DNA from: an uncultured bacterium
GTDB lineage: Bacteria > Patescibacteriota > Gracilibacteria > UBA1369 > PNNO01
Direction of reading: 5' to 3'
Length of the DNA: 32,000 bases
Assembly (NCBI GenBank): GCA_963704705.1
Contig: OY969931.1
Span: 330,001 to 362,000, forward strand
Shown here: one piece after another, positions 31,498 to 32,000 of the stretch
Layout: every line of letters begins with the position of its first letter
Position numbering within the stretch: position 1 is the stretch's first letter
Notes under the pieces: generated by a model
Database searches by the model: none
What the model was told of the DNA's origin: nothing
The model's input: only the letters and a program-made list of their open reading frames with translations
Program-made: the position numbers and the translations under genes

Positions 31498-32000
31498 TTA
31501 TTGATCCTCACTTTCAGTTTTTACCTCGGTTTTAGGCGGTTCTTCAAGTGTTACCTTTACATCTTCTTCCTTATCTTTATGCATTATTTTTAGTGTAACT
31601 GTGTCACCGACATTTTTTGATCCGACTATTTTAGCCAATGATTTGCCGTCATTAAGTTTTTCGCCGTCAACTTCAAGAATAATATCATTTTCAACAATAC
31701 CAGCTTTATCTGCCGGAGAACCGGGGATTACAGCCAGTTCTTCAGCTGTTTGGCCTCTCTGGACAAGATCACCATAATCAACTGTTAGATTATTCTTTTC
31801 TTTAATTGAATCAGTTATCGGAATATATCTGATTCCCAAGTAAGGTCTTATTATTCTGCCGTTTTTGATTACAGAATCAACAGCTTCTTTTATTGTATTT
31901 GAAGGAATTGAAAAACTGATATTTTCTCCGTTTGCAATTGCCACATTCACACCTATAACCTTGCCCTGTAAATTTAGCAAAGGTCCGCCTGAATTACCCG
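31498..32000 (-). CDS. HtrA/DegP-family serine protease, C-terminal part (the N-terminus lies beyond the window)
   Basis: The frame is open to the window edge. The catalytic-serine motif GNSGGPLL is encoded at 31998-31975, followed by a PDZ domain (YLGIRY...GSPADKAGI...DIILEVDG). The track start at 31980 is an internal Leu codon. Confidence 0.88.
   Translation of the reverse strand, partial: GNSGGPLLNLQGKVIGVNVAIANGENISFSIPSNTIKEAVDSVIKNGRIIRPYLGIRYIPITDSIKEKNNLTVDYGDLVQRGQTAEELAVIPGSPADKAGIVENDIILEVDGEKLNDGKSLAKIVGSKNVGDTVTLKIMHKDKEEDVKVTLEEPPKTEVKTESEDQ

Noticed and set aside
1-32000. An alternative genetic code (UGA recoding), as used in some candidate phyla.
   Set aside because: Conserved genes end at TGA at their normal lengths (recJ, lgt, the HNH gene). 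All recognisable genes are intact under the standard code.

Overview
This is an AT-rich, very tightly packed bacterial chromosome segment. Genes abut or overlap, several convergent pairs share their stop codons, and promoters are sigma70-like TTGACA/TATAAT pairs. The gene content and style resemble a reduced Patescibacteria/CPR-like genome, but that is inference only. About 80% of the window is ordinary housekeeping: rplJ-rplL with an upstream leader, miaA, recJ, a second DHH/DHHA1 phosphoesterase, a YebC-family regulator, lgt, a membrane-anchored DsbA-like oxidoreductase, hisS, tsaD, cca, a RumA-family methyltransferase, rlmH, a CapA-family protein, a beta-CASP RNase, an MFS/HlyD efflux pair and a partial HtrA protease. 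Four paralogous SLH-domain surface proteins are scattered through the window. The most unusual region is 24.5-27.1 kb. A tRNA-Gly(UCC) gene is followed by three plus-strand, cassette-like modules. Each module ends in a copy of the tRNA 3' end (22, 12 and 10 nt). Each copy is preceded by a GC-enriched hairpin of about 40-50 nt whose three helices show compensatory base changes between copies. No recombinase is visible in the window, so this may be a tRNA-anchored cassette array served by an unidentified recombination or RNA element. Next to it is a translationally coupled four-gene operon of unknown function: two permease halves, a NifX-like protein and an AhpD/CMD-like protein. All functional calls come from reading the translated ORFs and recognising motifs. 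No database search was run.
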